Below the pieces are notes generated by a model. It saw nothing but the letters and a program-made list of their open reading frames with translations. It was not told where the DNA came from and did no database searches. Made by a program: the position numbers and the translations under genes. A stretch of 64,000 nucleotides of DNA from Escherichia coli. Its GTDB lineage: Bacteria; Pseudomonadota; Gammaproteobacteria; Enterobacterales; Enterobacteriaceae. Below are positions 21,015-35,914 of this stretch, one piece after another. The stretch lies in NCBI RefSeq assembly GCF_001677475.2, contig NZ_CP015229.1; one strand, written 5' to 3'. Each line of letters starts with the position of its first letter. The stretch's first letter is position 1.

Positions 21015-21800
21015 TTAGTGCCGGTGATAGCCATCGACCATGCTTTTAAAGGTTTCGTGTGGCGTACGCCCCGTGGTGCAAAGATAAAGATGACCGAAGA
21101 TAAAAAAGAGGCTTATAAATGCCAGAGCAAAATGCGCCTGCAATAACCAGTATCTTACGCCAGGAAACACATCTCCCACGGCTTGCGGATAGAGACACAG
21201 CAGCCCCGTCAATAGTAACAACGGCAGCAATCCATACATGACACCAACATAGGCGACCTGCTGTAAGGGATTAAATTTAGACTGTGTTGTTGCCGGGAAA
21301 GGATGTTCTTCCCCCTGCATAATACCAAACAAATAAAATCGCGTTTGTTTTGCCGCTCGCTCCAGCCAACCCTGACGACGAATGCGATAGTGGTGACCAT
21401 TACCCCCAACGGCATTGATCAGAACAAAGCCGAGCCAGCATGCGAGTAACAAAAATCCGCAAACTTCATGCACCGCAACCAGACTTTTAACCGCAGTTGC
21501 GCCCACCAGCGCAAAGTGATTTATCAGCCCACTTGCCAGCAACAATACAAAGAGTAACGCATTCGACCAGTGCCATAATCTGACCGCTTTGCTGTAAAGA
21601 TAAATCTTCTCACCATAATCGGTGACTGATTTCTTCACGCCACGAGCACGAAGCAAGGCATGCAGCCCCAGCACCAACCACATCCCAACCAGCAATACTC
21701 CGGCAATGATCAACCACACCGACCAAAATTCCGGAGTGAACTGTGGCACATAGTTCGTCAACTGGCTCTGAAACTGTTCAGCATGTTGCGACGGGTTCAT
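21015..21800 (-). CDS. ydhU: Membrane cytochrome-b-like subunit YdhU (PhsC/NrfD-like)
   Basis: 261 aa multi-transmembrane protein with conserved His residues. Confidence 0.9.
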   Translation of the reverse strand: MNPSQHAEQFQSQLTNYVPQFTPEFWSVWLIIAGVLLVGMWLVLGLHALLRARGVKKSVTDYGEKIYLYSKAVRLWHWSNALLFVLLLASGLINHFALVGATAVKSLVAVHEVCGFLLLACWLGFVLINAVGGNGHHYRIRRQGWLERAAKQTRFYLFGIMQGEEHPFPATTQSKFNPLQQVAYVGVMYGLLPLLLLTGLLCLYPQAVGDVFPGVRYWLLQAHFALAFISLFFIFGHLYLCTTGRTPHETFKSMVDGYHRH

Positions 21801-22465
21801 ACATTTTCCTTTTTAATCAAATGTTGACCGAACCGGCGATACAGATGCGGTTTCCCGGCACCTGGTAGCTGATATTGATAGTATTTATTTTCCTGCAACC
21901 ACGCCTGAATTTCTGGACTATCTTCGCGACCAAAGATCAATGCGTGCTCCGGGCAGGCGCTGACGCAAATGGGCGGAAAGCCTTTTGCCAGTCGGGACTC
22001 AGCGCATAAATCACATTTATCTGCCACTTTAGTGACAGGGTTAAGGTAGCGAACCTGGTACGGACAAGCGCCAATGCAATAACTGCAGCCAATGCACTGC
22101 GATTTTTCTACCCGCACGATCCCCTGCTCATCACGCCACGATGCCCCCGTCGGGCAAACGTCGATGCACGGAGCATCTTCGCAGTGCTGACATGACTGGC
22201 GAAAAAAGTGATACTGCGTTTCGTTGTCGTTATCGGTGACTGGAATATGTGCTATCGATAAACGGCTTCCCTGAGCGGGGACGTGGTTAGTTTTACGGCA
22301 TGCGCGGGCGCAAATATTACAGCCATTGCACCGTGACTCGTCATGAATCATGGCATACCGAACTTCCTTTTCTTGCCTCGTGTTCGCTAACAGAGAAGAC
22401 GCAGAACCAGTAAAAAAGATTACTGTTCCCATCCCCAGAACAAATTTGCGTCGAGTAAAGGACAT
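21797..22465 (-). CDS. ydhX: 4Fe-4S ferredoxin-like protein YdhX with twin-arginine signal (start chosen at the internal Met before TRRKFV)
   Basis: Tat motif TRRKFVLG and multiple CxxCxxCxxxCP clusters; the track ORF extends to 22516. Confidence 0.85.
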   Translation of the reverse strand: MSFTRRKFVLGMGTVIFFTGSASSLLANTRQEKEVRYAMIHDESRCNGCNICARACRKTNHVPAQGSRLSIAHIPVTDNDNETQYHFFRQSCQHCEDAPCIDVCPTGASWRDEQGIVRVEKSQCIGCSYCIGACPYQVRYLNPVTKVADKCDLCAESRLAKGFPPICVSACPEHALIFGREDSPEIQAWLQENKYYQYQLPGAGKPHLYRRFGQHLIKKENV

Positions 22466-22528
22466 CTGATTATCCCCTAATGCAGTGGCTGCAACTGTCC
22501 ACCCTATCCATGACATCTCCCTGAAATT

Positions 22529-23188
22529 TCAGGGGTTCTGAAACTGCTCTACCTCGAACCATTCGCATAAGCCATACGCCTTGCCATAGGTCATAAATCG
22601 CTCGCTAAACAAGTACAACACCGCCGTCGATGACTCCACCTGCCGTATATCAGCATATTCAGGTGCAATATCCATCGCGGCGATCGCGGCTTCGATCTGC
22701 GCTTCCTGGAAGTAATATGGCGCTTGCAACAGCATGGCGACTTTGTAAGGACGAGGATACGTCTGGCACTCAAAACGAACGGCGTGTGCAATGGCGCGAC
22801 AAATGTCCTGCTCCACAACTTGCAAAGACATCGCCGCGTAGTTTTCACTCATGGCCTGCGTTGAGTAATAGTAATCATCCTGGCTTCCCGTCATACACGC
22901 GATATCCGCGTAGTCTCCGTTCTGCTTAATGTTTTCCAGCAAAACTGACAGTTCCTCTTCTGCAACCGAATAGGGCGGCGAGAGAAACACGGCGCGCGCC
23001 ACCAGCTGCCCAGCCGCAGAATGCTGGCGAATGAACTCTGCTAGGATTTCAGCAGGTTCTTGTTCTGTGATGTCTTCACTTACCGTATCAACGGGGTGAC
23101 GCATCCCCTGCAACCATTGCCGCTTCGCCTCGTCAATTTCGCTGACTTCCGCTAACGGCAAGACATCCTGATGGTTCATCTCACCCAT
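22529..23188 (-). CDS. ydhW: YdhW, uncharacterised protein
   Basis: About 215-219 aa ORF; start ambiguous between the first and fourth codon. Confidence 0.85.
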   Translation of the reverse strand: MGEMNHQDVLPLAEVSEIDEAKRQWLQGMRHPVDTVSEDITEQEPAEILAEFIRQHSAAGQLVARAVFLSPPYSVAEEELSVLLENIKQNGDYADIACMTGSQDDYYYSTQAMSENYAAMSLQVVEQDICRAIAHAVRFECQTYPRPYKVAMLLQAPYYFQEAQIEAAIAAMDIAPEYADIRQVESSTAVLYLFSERFMTYGKAYGLCEWFEVEQFQNP

Positions 23189-23191
23189 TCC

Positions 23192-25941
<2,750 letters not shown>

Positions 25942-26143
25942 TTATTTCGCATCCTCTTCGCAAACACAGTGCTGACAATTCAGCAGCCTGATATTAAGCA
26001 TTCAACTAATACGCTGCTGACTCTGTCCCCAACACCAGATATTTTCCCTAACCCGATAGTGTATGAGAAAAGATTTAACGCTGATAAACTAATCCTTTAT
26101 GGTTAGGAGAAAAAATAATGTGATTATTCTGAGCTCTTAACAT

Positions 26144-26157
26144 TGATCGTTATCAAT
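26144..26157. promoter_or_regulatory. FNR box upstream of ydhY
   Basis: Perfect TTGAT-N4-ATCAA (TTGATcgttATCAA) in the AT-rich region upstream of the operon. Confidence 0.7.
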
Positions 26158-26396
26158 TAAAATCACAAAGCAAGAAATTATAAGTGAACTGATATTTATT
26201 ATCATTTGAAATAAATTTAACTTAAGCAACAATTATTTGTGACGTTCATTGCAGAAAATAAAAATAACATTATCGCTATAAATTAAAATACATACCGAAA
26301 TTCGTATAATTTCAGCAGTTGTTATTTAGAATGATTAACTGGACTGCAACTGAACTAAGAATATCAGGATGAAGCTTACCGCCTCATCCTGAATGG

Positions 26397-26606
26397 TCAT
26401 TTTACCAGTGCGTTAATGACGGTTTCCATCGCCTGCTTTTCCAGCTCACTGCGCTGAATGCGTTTATTGGCTAATGCTGTACGTAACACGCCTGCGATAA
26501 CAATATGCTTTGGTTCCTGCCCCAGATCGCGCATTTCCAGCACAACTTTACCGACAACTCTGCACATTTCTCGGTACAGTTCATCCTCTTTTGTCCGGTT
26601 TCCCAT
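26397..26606 (-). CDS. fumD: Fumarase D (YdhZ)
   Basis: 69 aa ORF matching FumD. Confidence 0.9.
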   Translation of the reverse strand: MGNRTKEDELYREMCRVVGKVVLEMRDLGQEPKHIVIAGVLRTALANKRIQRSELEKQAMETVINALVK

Positions 26607-26944
26607 TCTTTATACCTATTTATCATGCCAACTATCAGCATATATCAATCTAACCAATTAAACAAAAACCAAACAAAATCAGACAAATAACGCGATAAAT
26701 TATTTTCACTGTAGCAATTGAGCGATGATGTATTTTATACGCCGGATGAACTCTCACTTATCCTCACACTGACAACCCCGGCACCAGACGTTGCGCAAAC
26801 AACGAAGTTTTTGCGTAACCTTTTCCCTGTAACGTTAAATCTTTGATAACAATTTATTGTCTTACAAGTTGTATATTTTTTGAAACGCTGTTTTTGTTTT
26901 CCTTTTAGATTAATTTCAGCGTATAATGCGCGCCAATTGACTCT

Positions 26945-26958
26945 TGAATGGTTTCAGC
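26945..26958. promoter_or_regulatory. Putative Cra (FruR) box in the pykF upstream region
   Basis: Bottom strand GCTGAAACCATTCA fits the Cra consensus RSTGAAWCSNTHHW. Confidence 0.45.
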
Positions 26959-27163
26959 ACTTTGGACTGTAGAACTCAACGACTCAAAAACAGGCACTCA
27001 CGTTGGGCTGAGACACAAGCACACATTCCTCTGCACGCTTTTTCGATGTCACCTATCCTTAGAGCGAGGCACCACCACTTTCGTAATACCGGATTCGCTT
27101 TCCGGCAGTGCGCCCAGAAAGCAAGTTTCTCCCATCCTTCTCAACTTAAAGACTAAGACTGTC

Positions 27164-28576
27164 ATGAAAAAGACCAAAATTGTTTGCACCATCGGACCGA
27201 AAACCGAATCTGAAGAGATGTTAGCTAAAATGCTGGACGCTGGCATGAACGTTATGCGTCTGAACTTCTCTCATGGTGACTATGCAGAACACGGTCAGCG
27301 CATTCAGAATCTGCGCAACGTGATGAGCAAAACTGGTAAAACCGCCGCGATCCTGCTTGATACCAAAGGTCCGGAAATCCGCACCATGAAACTGGAAGGC
27401 GGTAACGACGTTTCTCTGAAAGCGGGTCAGACCTTTACTTTCACCACTGATAAATCTGTTATCGGCAACAGCGAAATGGTTGCGGTAACGTATGAAGGTT
27501 TCACTGCTGACCTGTCTGTTGGCAACACCGTACTGGTTGACGATGGTCTGATCGGTATGGAAGTTACCGCCATTGAAGGTAACAAAGTTATCTGTAAAGT
27601 GCTGAACAACGGCGACCTGGGCGAAAACAAAGGTGTGAACCTGCCTGGCGTTTCCATTGCCCTGCCAGCACTGGCTGAAAAAGACAAACAGGACCTGATC
27701 TTTGGTTGCGAACAAGGCGTAGACTTTGTTGCTGCTTCCTTTATTCGTAAGCGTTCTGACGTTATCGAAATCCGTGAGCACCTGAAAGCGCACGGCGGCG
27801 AAAATATCCACATCATCTCCAAAATCGAAAACCAGGAAGGCCTCAACAACTTCGACGAAATCCTCGAAGCCTCTGACGGCATCATGGTTGCGCGTGGCGA
27901 CCTGGGTGTAGAAATCCCGGTAGAAGAAGTTATCTTCGCCCAGAAGATGATGATCGAAAAATGTATCCGTGCACGTAAAGTCGTTATCACTGCGACCCAG
28001 ATGCTGGATTCCATGATCAAAAACCCACGCCCGACTCGCGCAGAAGCCGGTGACGTTGCAAACGCCATCCTCGACGGTACTGACGCAGTGATGCTGTCTG
28101 GTGAGTCCGCAAAAGGTAAATACCCGCTGGAAGCGGTTTCTATCATGGCGACCATCTGCGAACGTACCGACCGCGTGATGAACAGCCGCCTCGAGTTCAA
28201 CAATGACAACCGTAAACTGCGCATTACCGAAGCGGTATGCCGTGGTGCCGTTGAAACTGCTGAAAAACTGGATGCTCCGCTGATCGTGGTTGCTACCCAG
28301 GGCGGTAAATCTGCTCGCGCAGTACGTAAATACTTCCCGGATGCCACCATCCTGGCACTGACCACCAACGAAAAAACGGCTCATCAGTTGGTACTGAGCA
28401 AAGGCGTTGTGCCGCAGCTGGTTAAAGAGATCACTTCTACTGATGATTTCTACCGTCTGGGTAAAGAACTGGCTCTGCAGAGCGGTCTGGCACACAAAGG
28501 TGACGTTGTAGTTATGGTTTCTGGTGCACTGGTACCGAGCGGCACTACTAACACCGCATCTGTTCACGTCCTGTAA
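27164..28576 (+). CDS. pykF: Pyruvate kinase I
   Basis: 470 aa from [15 protein letters not shown]; the track ORF carries an upstream in-frame extension that is not part of the protein. Confidence 0.97.
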
Positions 28577-28606
28577 TATTGCTTTTGTGAATTAATTTGT
28601 ATATCG

Positions 28607-28631
28607 AAGCGCCCTGATGGGCGCTTTTTTT
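28607..28631 (+). terminator. Rho-independent terminator after pykF
   Basis: AAGCGCCC-tgat-GGGCGCTT followed by TTTTTTT. Confidence 0.9.
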
Positions 28632-28812
28632 ATTTAATCGATAACCAGAAGCAATAAAAAATCAAATCGGATTTCACTATATAATCTCACTTTATCTAAG
28701 ATGAATCCGATGGAAGCATCCTGTTTTCTCTCAATTTTTTTATCTAAAACCCAGCGTTCGATGCTTCTTTGAGCGAACGATCAAAAATAAGTGCCTTCCC
28801 ATCAAAAAAATA

Positions 28813-28842
28813 TTCTCAACATAAAAAACTTTGTGTAATACT
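28813..28842 (+). promoter_or_regulatory. lpp promoter
   Basis: TTCTCA, 17 bp spacer, TAATACT, in an A-rich upstream region. Confidence 0.65.
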
Positions 28843-28874
28843 TGTAACGCTACATGGAGATTAACTCAATCTAG

Positions 28875-29123
<249 letters not shown>

Positions 29124-29140
29124 TAGTACCTGTGAAGTGA

Positions 29141-29171
29141 AAAATGGCGCACATTGTGCGCCATTTTTTTT
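29141..29171 (+). terminator. Rho-independent terminator after lpp
   Basis: AATGGCGCAC-att-GTGCGCCATT followed by TTTTTTT. Confidence 0.9.
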
Positions 29172-29186
29172 GCCTGCTATTTACCG

Positions 29187-30191
29187 CTACTGCGTCGCGC
29201 GTAACATATTCCCTTGCTCTGTTTCCCCATTCTGCGCTGACTCTACTGAAGGCGCATTGCTGGCTGCGGGAGTTGCTCCACTGCTCACCGCAACCGGATA
29301 CCCTGCCCGACGATACAACGCTTTATCGACTAATTTCTGATCTACACCCTTATTGTCTTTAAATTGCGTAAAGCCTGCTGGCAGTGTGTATGGCATTGTC
29401 TGAACGTTCTGCTGTTCTTCTGCCGATAGTGGTCGATGTACTTCAACATAACGCATCCCGTTAGGCTCCACGGAATATTTCACCGGTTCGTTGATCACTT
29501 TCACCGGCGTTCCCGTCCGCACGCTGGAGAATAAGGCTTTAATATCCGGTGCATTCATGCGAATACACCCTGAACTGACGCGCAAACCGACGCTGTCCGG
29601 CGCACTGGTGCCGTGAATGAGGTATTCGCCATTACCATGCGCGAGGCGCAGTGCGTAACGTCCTAGTGGGTTATTTGGCCCGGCAGGAACGACTGGCGGT
29701 AATTTAATGCCACGCTCAAGCGAACGCTGACGAATGCCTGCCGTAGGCGTCCAGGTTGGGTTAGGGATTTTCTGCCCCACACGCGTTTCCATCACTGGCG
29801 TTTCCAGCCCCTGCAAACCAATACCTATCGGATAGACCTGCACGATATTTTCTCCCGGCGGATAATAATAAAGGCGCAGCTCTGCCAGGTTAACGATAAT
29901 CCCCTGACGCGGCGCATCAGGTAATAACAGTTGCGAAGGAATAGTTATCGTCGTACCAGGTTTTGGCACCGGGGCGATAGTGTTATTGGCTTCAAGGATC
30001 AACATTGCCGCAGTATCAAAACGTCGGGCGATGGCCTGAAGGTTTTTATCCCCTTCCTGCACCATATACGTTTGATTTTGCCCAACCAGTCGGCTTCCGG
30101 TTGGTGGTAGCGGATAATCAACCGCCCAGGCAGCCTGGATGGCGCTAAAAGCGCCGATAAGCGTGAGTGTAAGCAAAGACGCGCGTTTCAT
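29187..30191 (-). CDS. ldtE: L,D-transpeptidase LdtE (YnhG)
   Basis: 334 aa with signal peptide, LysM-like region and YkuD catalytic motif (HGT ... SSGCIRM). Confidence 0.93.
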   Translation of the reverse strand: MKRASLLTLTLIGAFSAIQAAWAVDYPLPPTGSRLVGQNQTYMVQEGDKNLQAIARRFDTAAMLILEANNTIAPVPKPGTTITIPSQLLLPDAPRQGIIVNLAELRLYYYPPGENIVQVYPIGIGLQGLETPVMETRVGQKIPNPTWTPTAGIRQRSLERGIKLPPVVPAGPNNPLGRYALRLAHGNGEYLIHGTSAPDSVGLRVSSGCIRMNAPDIKALFSSVRTGTPVKVINEPVKYSVEPNGMRYVEVHRPLSAEEQQNVQTMPYTLPAGFTQFKDNKGVDQKLVDKALYRRAGYPVAVSSGATPAASNAPSVESAQNGETEQGNMLRATQ

Positions 30192-30339
30192 TGTAAACCT
30201 CCTGTATTTGCCGGAGACTCACGCTGAAACGTCGGATGGCGCTTATGTTCACCTGAAACCGAAACACTCCTGTGCAGGTCAGTGTAAACATTGACCATCC
30301 GGCAATGTGAGCCAACCGGATGAAAGCTGTCCCTTTAGT

Positions 30340-30756
30340 TTAGCTAAGTGCAGCGGCTTTGGCGCGAATTGCGCGAATCATCGCTTCCAGACCTTGTGAA
30401 CGAGATGGGGTGAGATGTTGGGTGAGCGCCATTTTTTCAAACCACGGACGCACATCGAAATTGACAATATCCTGCGGCGTCATCTGATCGTAGAGAATAA
30501 AGACGACCGCAATAAGCCCTTTCACAATCGCCGCATCGCTGTCGCCCTGCAATTCAATAATTCCCTGCGCATTCTGGCGCATGACAATCCACACCTGACT
30601 CTGGCAGCCCTGAATGCTATTTTGTGGGCTTCGGTCTTCGTCGCGTAATTCTGGCAGACGCTGGCCCAGCTCAATAATGTAGAGATATTTCTCTTCCCAG
30701 TTGGCACAGCGTAAAAAATTACGCAGCAATTTTTCTTTATCCGGCAATAAAGCCAT
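30340..30756 (-). CDS. sufE: Cysteine desulfuration protein SufE
   Basis: 138 aa ORF matching SufE. Confidence 0.95.
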
Positions 30757-30768
30757 AGTGCCTCCCTG

Positions 30769-31989
30769 TTATCCCAGCAGACGGTGAATACGTTGCAATC
30801 CGGTCACCAGACGATCCACTTCTTCATGGGTGTTATACATGGCCAGCGACGCCCGACACATCGCAGGGACGTTGTAATAGGCCATTAATGGCATAGCGCA
30901 GTGATGTCCGGTACGCACAGCAATGCCGTAATTATCGAGAAAACTGCCAACATCATAGGCGTGGTGTTTACCGAGATTAAAAGCAATAACGCCAAGCCTG
31001 TTTTGTGGGCCATAGAGAGTGAGATCCGGTACAGATTCCAGCTGTGATAGCGCGTAGTGCATCAGATTCTGTTCATACTCGGATATGTTATTAAGCCCCA
31101 GCGCCGAAACATACTCCAGCGCCGCGCCAAGACCAATGATGCCCCCGGTATTGGGTGTACCGGCTTCAAACCGCCATGGTGCTTTGGTCCAGGTAGTGCC
31201 TTCACTCAGGCTGACGGTGGCGATCATAGAACCGCCCCCTTCCCACGGCGGCATCTCCTGCAACAAGGCTTCTTTCACATAAAGAATGCCAATTCCGGTG
31301 GGGCCATACAGTTTATGCCCGGAAAACACGTAAAAATCGCAATCCAGCGCCTGAACATCCACCGGATGATGCATCACCGCCTGAGCGCCATCCACCATCA
31401 CTTTTGCGCCATGCTGGTGCGCAAGCGTGATCATTTCCGCCAGCGGATTTTCTGTTCCCAGCACGTTGGAGACATGAGTAATTGCCAGCAGGCGAGTTTT
31501 CTCATCAAACAGCGTAGGCAGCGTCTCCAGTTGCAGCGTACCGTCGGGGTTGAGAGGGATCACACGCAGCTCTGCGCCAACGCGTGCGCAAAGCATCTGC
31601 CAGGGAACAATGTTAGCGTGGTGCTCCATCTGACTTATGATGATGTTATCGCCCGCCCGCACGTTGCTGTTGCCCCAGCTATTGGCGACCAGATTGATCC
31701 CTTCCGTCGTGCCGCGGACGAACACCAGCTCTTCCGCCGAACGGGCATTAATAAACAGCGATGCCCGCTTGCGCACGTTCTCCATTTTCTCGGTCGCCTG
31801 GGCGCTTAAGGTATGAATACCGCGATGCACCGCCGCGTAGCCATGACGATAAAACTCGGCCTCGGCGTCAATCACCTGGCTCGGTTTCTGCGCACTGGCG
31901 GCGCTATCGAGATAAGCCAGCGGCAAACCGTTTACCTCACGCGAAAGCACCGGAAAGTCGGCCCGCACTTTGTCGACGGAAAAAGTCAT
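30769..31989 (-). CDS. sufS: Cysteine desulfurase SufS
   Basis: 406 aa PLP-dependent enzyme; active-site Cys in HHCAMP. Confidence 0.97.
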   Translation of the reverse strand: MTFSVDKVRADFPVLSREVNGLPLAYLDSAASAQKPSQVIDAEAEFYRHGYAAVHRGIHTLSAQATEKMENVRKRASLFINARSAEELVFVRGTTEGINLVANSWGNSNVRAGDNIIISQMEHHANIVPWQMLCARVGAELRVIPLNPDGTLQLETLPTLFDEKTRLLAITHVSNVLGTENPLAEMITLAHQHGAKVMVDGAQAVMHHPVDVQALDCDFYVFSGHKLYGPTGIGILYVKEALLQEMPPWEGGGSMIATVSLSEGTTWTKAPWRFEAGTPNTGGIIGLGAALEYVSALGLNNISEYEQNLMHYALSQLESVPDLTLYGPQNRLGVIAFNLGKHHAYDVGSFLDNYGIAVRTGHHCAMPLMAYYNVPAMCRASLAMYNTHEEVDRLVTGLQRIHRLLG

Positions 31990-33257
31990 CTTGCACCTCC
32001 TGGCAGCCGTTGACCGATTCGGGCCAGCACCTGCTGTTTAAGCCCCTCATCACGCAGTGCTTCCGTCAGTTCGGCAGCAAAGGCGTAAATGATCATCTGC
32101 TGGGCATCCTGCTGATTGATCCCGCGCGAGCGCAGATAGAACATCTGTTCATCATCAATACGCCCCACCGTCGCGCCGTGGCTGCATTTCACATCATCTG
32201 CATAGATTTCCAGCTGCGGTTTCGTATCCACTTCCGCCAGTTTGCCCATCAGCAGATTATTGTTGGTCATCTGACCATCCGTTTTGATGGCGTGCTGCGC
32301 GACGTTGATCAAACCGTTAAATACCGCGCGGCCTTTGTCGCTGACGATAGTTTTGTGCAACTGTCGGCTGTTACAAAAACCTTTATTGTGTTCCAGCCAG
32401 GTACGGGTATCACACACCTCGTTTTTCACCGGCATCGCCAGGCTATTGATCCGCAACATGCTGTTTTCGCCATTGAGTTGCGTACTGGTGTTGTGTCGTA
32501 ACACTGCGCCACCCAGCAGGAAACTGTGGCTAAATGCGGTGGCATCGTCAGCCAGCAACAAATCGTTATGGGCAAAGTGGTGACTGAGCGGGTTTTCAAA
32601 CGCCAGCTTGATATGCTGCAAGTGGGCGTTCGCTGCGACGTTGATAGTGAACCGTGCCCCGGTAAAATGACGAGCATCATTAAGGCTGATAAAATGTTCA
32701 ATCACCGTTGCTTCGGCACCTTCCGCCAGATCCAGATGATGTCGGTAATGGGCAGTGTTCACCTCTTCACCTGCCACGCCCTGGGTGATATGCATTAACA
32801 GCAATGGCTTTGCCGGTCGTTGACCGCGCTTCACGGCGATATGCGTCACGCTTTGTGCCAGGCTTTCCGTCAAATGCAGAAACACTTCCGCCTGAATAGC
32901 GTCGGGTAACCCCTGACGGTCATCATTAATGCTCACTTCATATCCGCTGCCTTCAGTTGCATCGCTCAGCGCAGGCATGTAACGTCCATCGACAAACACC
33001 AGCCGTACGGCGTCTAACGTTAACGCTAAGGCATCACGCTGCTGTGGGGATATCTCCCCCGCAATGCTGACAAACTGGCTATTGGCCAGCCCTTCCAGCG
33101 GCGTATATTTCCAGTTTTCATGTTTACGTGTCGGCAGTCCGGTACGCAGCAATTGTTGTAAATGCTGTTGTGCTTGCGGTGAGCGTTTTGTCCCTTCAGC
33201 TTCAAACAAGTGATGCCACTGTTGCAGCGCGTTACTGCTGTTCGGTAAGCCAGCCAT
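31986..33257 (-). CDS. sufD: Fe-S cluster assembly protein SufD
   Basis: 423 aa; 4-bp overlap with sufS. Confidence 0.95.
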   Translation of the reverse strand: MAGLPNSSNALQQWHHLFEAEGTKRSPQAQQHLQQLLRTGLPTRKHENWKYTPLEGLANSQFVSIAGEISPQQRDALALTLDAVRLVFVDGRYMPALSDATEGSGYEVSINDDRQGLPDAIQAEVFLHLTESLAQSVTHIAVKRGQRPAKPLLLMHITQGVAGEEVNTAHYRHHLDLAEGAEATVIEHFISLNDARHFTGARFTINVAANAHLQHIKLAFENPLSHHFAHNDLLLADDATAFSHSFLLGGAVLRHNTSTQLNGENSMLRINSLAMPVKNEVCDTRTWLEHNKGFCNSRQLHKTIVSDKGRAVFNGLINVAQHAIKTDGQMTNNNLLMGKLAEVDTKPQLEIYADDVKCSHGATVGRIDDEQMFYLRSRGINQQDAQQMIIYAFAAELTEALRDEGLKQQVLARIGQRLPGGAR

Positions 33258-33978
33258 AACCCTGCTCCTCCAGTTGTTTGACCAACGTGAAATCGCCGGA
33301 TTTCACAATTCGTCCCTGATACAGCACGTGGACGTAATCAGGCTTGATGTAGTCGAGAATGCGTTGGTAGTGCGTAACAATGATGAATGAACGCTTGCCG
33401 TCACGCAGCGAGTTCACGCCATCGGCAACCACTTTTAATGCGTCAATATCCAGCCCGGAGTCCGACTCATCAAGAATGCATAACTCCGGTTCCAGCACCG
33501 CCATTTGCAAAATATCGTTGCGCTTTTTCTCGCCGCCAGAAAAACCAACGTTTACCGAACGGGTTAATAAATCCTCCGGCATCTTCAGGAGAGCGATTTT
33601 CTCTTCCATCAAATCCTGAAAATCAAAGCGGTCGAGCGTTTCCTGCCCGCGATAGCTGCGCACCGCATTAAGTGCCGTTTGCAGGAAAAACTGGTTACTG
33701 ACGCCGGGAATTTCCACCGGATACTGGAAGGCCATAAAGATACCTTCACCTGCACGATCTTCCGGCGACAGCGCAAGCAAATCTTTGCCTTTGAACTCAA
33801 CCGTGCCGCCCGTCACTTCATAATCTTCTCGCCCGGCAAGCGTTGCCGATAAGGTACTTTTGCCCGAACCGTTTGGCCCCATAATGGCGTGAACTTCGCC
33901 GGGACGAACGTCGAGGCTTAATCCACGCAGGATAGCTTTATCTTCCACGCTGACGTGTAAATCTTTAATACTTAACAT
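33232..33978 (-). CDS. sufC: Fe-S cluster assembly ATPase SufC
   Basis: 248 aa ABC-type ATPase (GPNGSGKST); 26-bp overlap with sufD. Confidence 0.97.
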   Translation of the reverse strand: MLSIKDLHVSVEDKAILRGLSLDVRPGEVHAIMGPNGSGKSTLSATLAGREDYEVTGGTVEFKGKDLLALSPEDRAGEGIFMAFQYPVEIPGVSNQFFLQTALNAVRSYRGQETLDRFDFQDLMEEKIALLKMPEDLLTRSVNVGFSGGEKKRNDILQMAVLEPELCILDESDSGLDIDALKVVADGVNSLRDGKRSFIIVTHYQRILDYIKPDYVHVLYQGRIVKSGDFTLVKQLEEQGYGWLTEQQ

Positions 33979-33987
33979 GTTTATTCC

Positions 33988-35475
33988 TTATCCGACGCTG
34001 TGTTCAAGACTGATGGCGAGGAGTTTTTGTGCTTCAACGGCAAATTCCAGCGGCAGTTCTGAGAACACGTCTTTGCAGAAACCGTTAACAATCATCGAGA
34101 TGGCATCTTCTTCGCTGATCCCGCGTTGCAGGCAGTAAAACAGTTGATCTTCACCAATACGTGATGTTGTTGCCTCGTGCTCCAGTTGTGCGCTGTTATT
34201 GCGACATTCGACATACGGGAAGGTATGCGCCCCACAATTAGCGCCAATCAGCATTGAGTCGCACTGAGTGAAATTGCGCGCATTGGTTGCCGTCGGCATG
34301 ATTTTCACTAAGCCGCGATAACTGTTCTGACTATGTCCGGCAGAGATCCCTTTCGAGATAATGGTCGATTTGGTGTTTTTACCAATGTGGATCATCTTGG
34401 TGCCGGTATCCGCCTGCTGATGACCGCTGGTCAGTGCCACCGAGTAGAACTCACCGATAGAGTTATCGCCGCGCAGAATGCAGCTTGGGTATTTCCAGGT
34501 AATCGCTGAACCGGTTTCTGATTGCGTCCATGACATCTTGCTGTTTTCGCCTTCGCACAACGCACGCTTGGTGACGAAGTTGAGAATACCACCGGTGTTG
34601 TTATCGCCAGGGAACCAGTTTTGTACCGTGGAATATTTCACCTCGGCGTTTTTATGGATGATGACTTCCACCACCGCCGCGTGTAACTGATAGCTGTCAC
34701 GCACCGGAGCGGAACAGCCTTCGATGTAGCTGACGTAGCTGTCTTCGTCGGCCACCAGAATGGTGCGCTCAAACTGCCCGGTTTTTTCTGCGTTAATGCG
34801 AAAATAGGTGGAAAGTTCCATCGGGCAGCGCACGCCTTTAGGCACATAAATAAACGTACCGTCAGAGGCTACCGCCGCATTAAGCGCGGCAAAGAAGTTG
34901 TCATTCCCCGGCACCACGGTGCCGAGATATTTACGCACCAGTTCCGGGTGATCGTGGATCGCCTCACCAAAGGAACAGAAAATAATTCCCTGCTCCGCCA
35001 GTTTTTCGCGATAAGTAGTGGCAACCGAAACAGAGTCGAAAATGGCATCCACCGCCACCTCTTTGCCTTCCCGCACGGGAACGCCCAACTGCTCAAACGC
35101 CGCCTCCACCTCTTTACTTAAAAAGGCGTTCGCGCCAGTTTGCTGCACCGCGCCAGGTTCAGACGCGCAAGTGTCGTCACAATTACCGCACGATGGTGCC
35201 GAATAGTAGCTGTAATCCTGATAATTCAGCTTGTCGTAGTGCGCTTTCAGCCAGTGCGGCTCTTCCATCTCCAGCCATGCGCGATAGGCATTGAGACGAA
35301 ACTCCAGCATCCACTCCGGCTCATTACGCTTCGCCGAAATTGCGCGCACCACCTCTTCGTTTATCCCCTTTGCCAGCTCATCGGTGGCTAACTGGGTGAA
35401 GAATCCTTCTTTATAATTCAGCGGGCCGCCGGTCCAGGTTTTGACATCGTCAGTTGCTTCAGTATTACGAGACAT
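33988..35475 (-). CDS. sufB: Fe-S cluster scaffold SufB (start chosen at [11 protein letters not shown])
   Basis: 495 aa; the track ORF has a 13-codon upstream extension to 35514. Confidence 0.95.
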   Translation of the reverse strand: MSRNTEATDDVKTWTGGPLNYKEGFFTQLATDELAKGINEEVVRAISAKRNEPEWMLEFRLNAYRAWLEMEEPHWLKAHYDKLNYQDYSYYSAPSCGNCDDTCASEPGAVQQTGANAFLSKEVEAAFEQLGVPVREGKEVAVDAIFDSVSVATTYREKLAEQGIIFCSFGEAIHDHPELVRKYLGTVVPGNDNFFAALNAAVASDGTFIYVPKGVRCPMELSTYFRINAEKTGQFERTILVADEDSYVSYIEGCSAPVRDSYQLHAAVVEVIIHKNAEVKYSTVQNWFPGDNNTGGILNFVTKRALCEGENSKMSWTQSETGSAITWKYPSCILRGDNSIGEFYSVALTSGHQQADTGTKMIHIGKNTKSTIISKGISAGHSQNSYRGLVKIMPTATNARNFTQCDSMLIGANCGAHTFPYVECRNNSAQLEHEATTSRIGEDQLFYCLQRGISEEDAISMIVNGFCKDVFSELPLEFAVEAQKLLAISLEHSVG

Positions 35476-35483
35476 AGTACCGC

Positions 35484-35852
35484 CTATACCCCAAAGCTTT
35501 CGCCACAGCCACATTCATTCTGGGCTTTAGGGTTGTGAAATTTGAATATCTGATTAAGTCCTTCACGAACGAAATCGACTTCCGTGCCATCAATAAACGG
35601 CATCGCTTGCAGCGGGACAAACAGCTTCGCGCCGTCGTGTTCAAACAGCAGATCGTCTTTGTCCGGCTCGCTAACACTGTCGAGCACATAGCCAAAGCCC
35701 GCGCAGCCTGTTTGCTTCACGCCTAAGCGCACGCCGACCATACCTGGCTGCTTTGCCACCAGCTCGCGGATGTGTATCGCCGCTGCGGGTGTCAGCGTTA
35801 AGCCTTGCCAGGCGAAATCCTGTGGATTAAAGGTTCCTGAATGCATGTCCAT
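35484..35852 (-). CDS. sufA: Fe-S cluster A-type carrier SufA
   Basis: 122 aa with C-terminal Cys motif CGCGESF. Confidence 0.95.
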   Translation of the reverse strand: MDMHSGTFNPQDFAWQGLTLTPAAAIHIRELVAKQPGMVGVRLGVKQTGCAGFGYVLDSVSEPDKDDLLFEHDGAKLFVPLQAMPFIDGTEVDFVREGLNQIFKFHNPKAQNECGCGESFGV

Positions 35853-35895
35853 CGATTTACCTCACTTCATCGCTTTCAGCGTATAACAGCATGTT

Positions 35896-35914
35896 AGTGA
35901 TAATGATTATCAGT
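35896..35914. promoter_or_regulatory. Fur box in the suf operon promoter
   Basis: GTGATAATGATTATCAGTT closely matches the Fur consensus GATAATGATAATCATTATC, about 45 bp upstream of the sufA ATG. Confidence 0.65.

Noticed and set aside
26100-26400. AT-rich 300-bp tract upstream of ydhY, considered as a possible horizontally acquired fragment or small RNA locus.
   Set aside because: It contains the FNR box and is the expected promoter region of ydhYVWXUT; there is no ORF or terminator-bounded unit to support an independent gene.
26948-27163. Upstream in-frame extension of pykF in the track (and similar extensions for ydhV, aroH, ydiQ, sufB, ydiO).
   Set aside because: The extensions lack a ribosome-binding site and conservation; the shorter starts give the known protein N-termini and have Shine-Dalgarno sequences.
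27221-28567. Long minus-strand ORFs (448 aa and 313 aa) antisense to pykF.
   Set aside because: They lie entirely within the well-supported pykF frame, have no ribosome-binding site, and have Phe/Val/His/Arg-skewed composition typical of the reverse frame of a highly expressed gene.
31057-32583. Plus-strand ORFs (250 aa, 246 aa, 99 aa) antisense to sufS and sufD.
   Set aside because: Shadow ORFs inside strongly supported suf genes; no start context and no domain signal.
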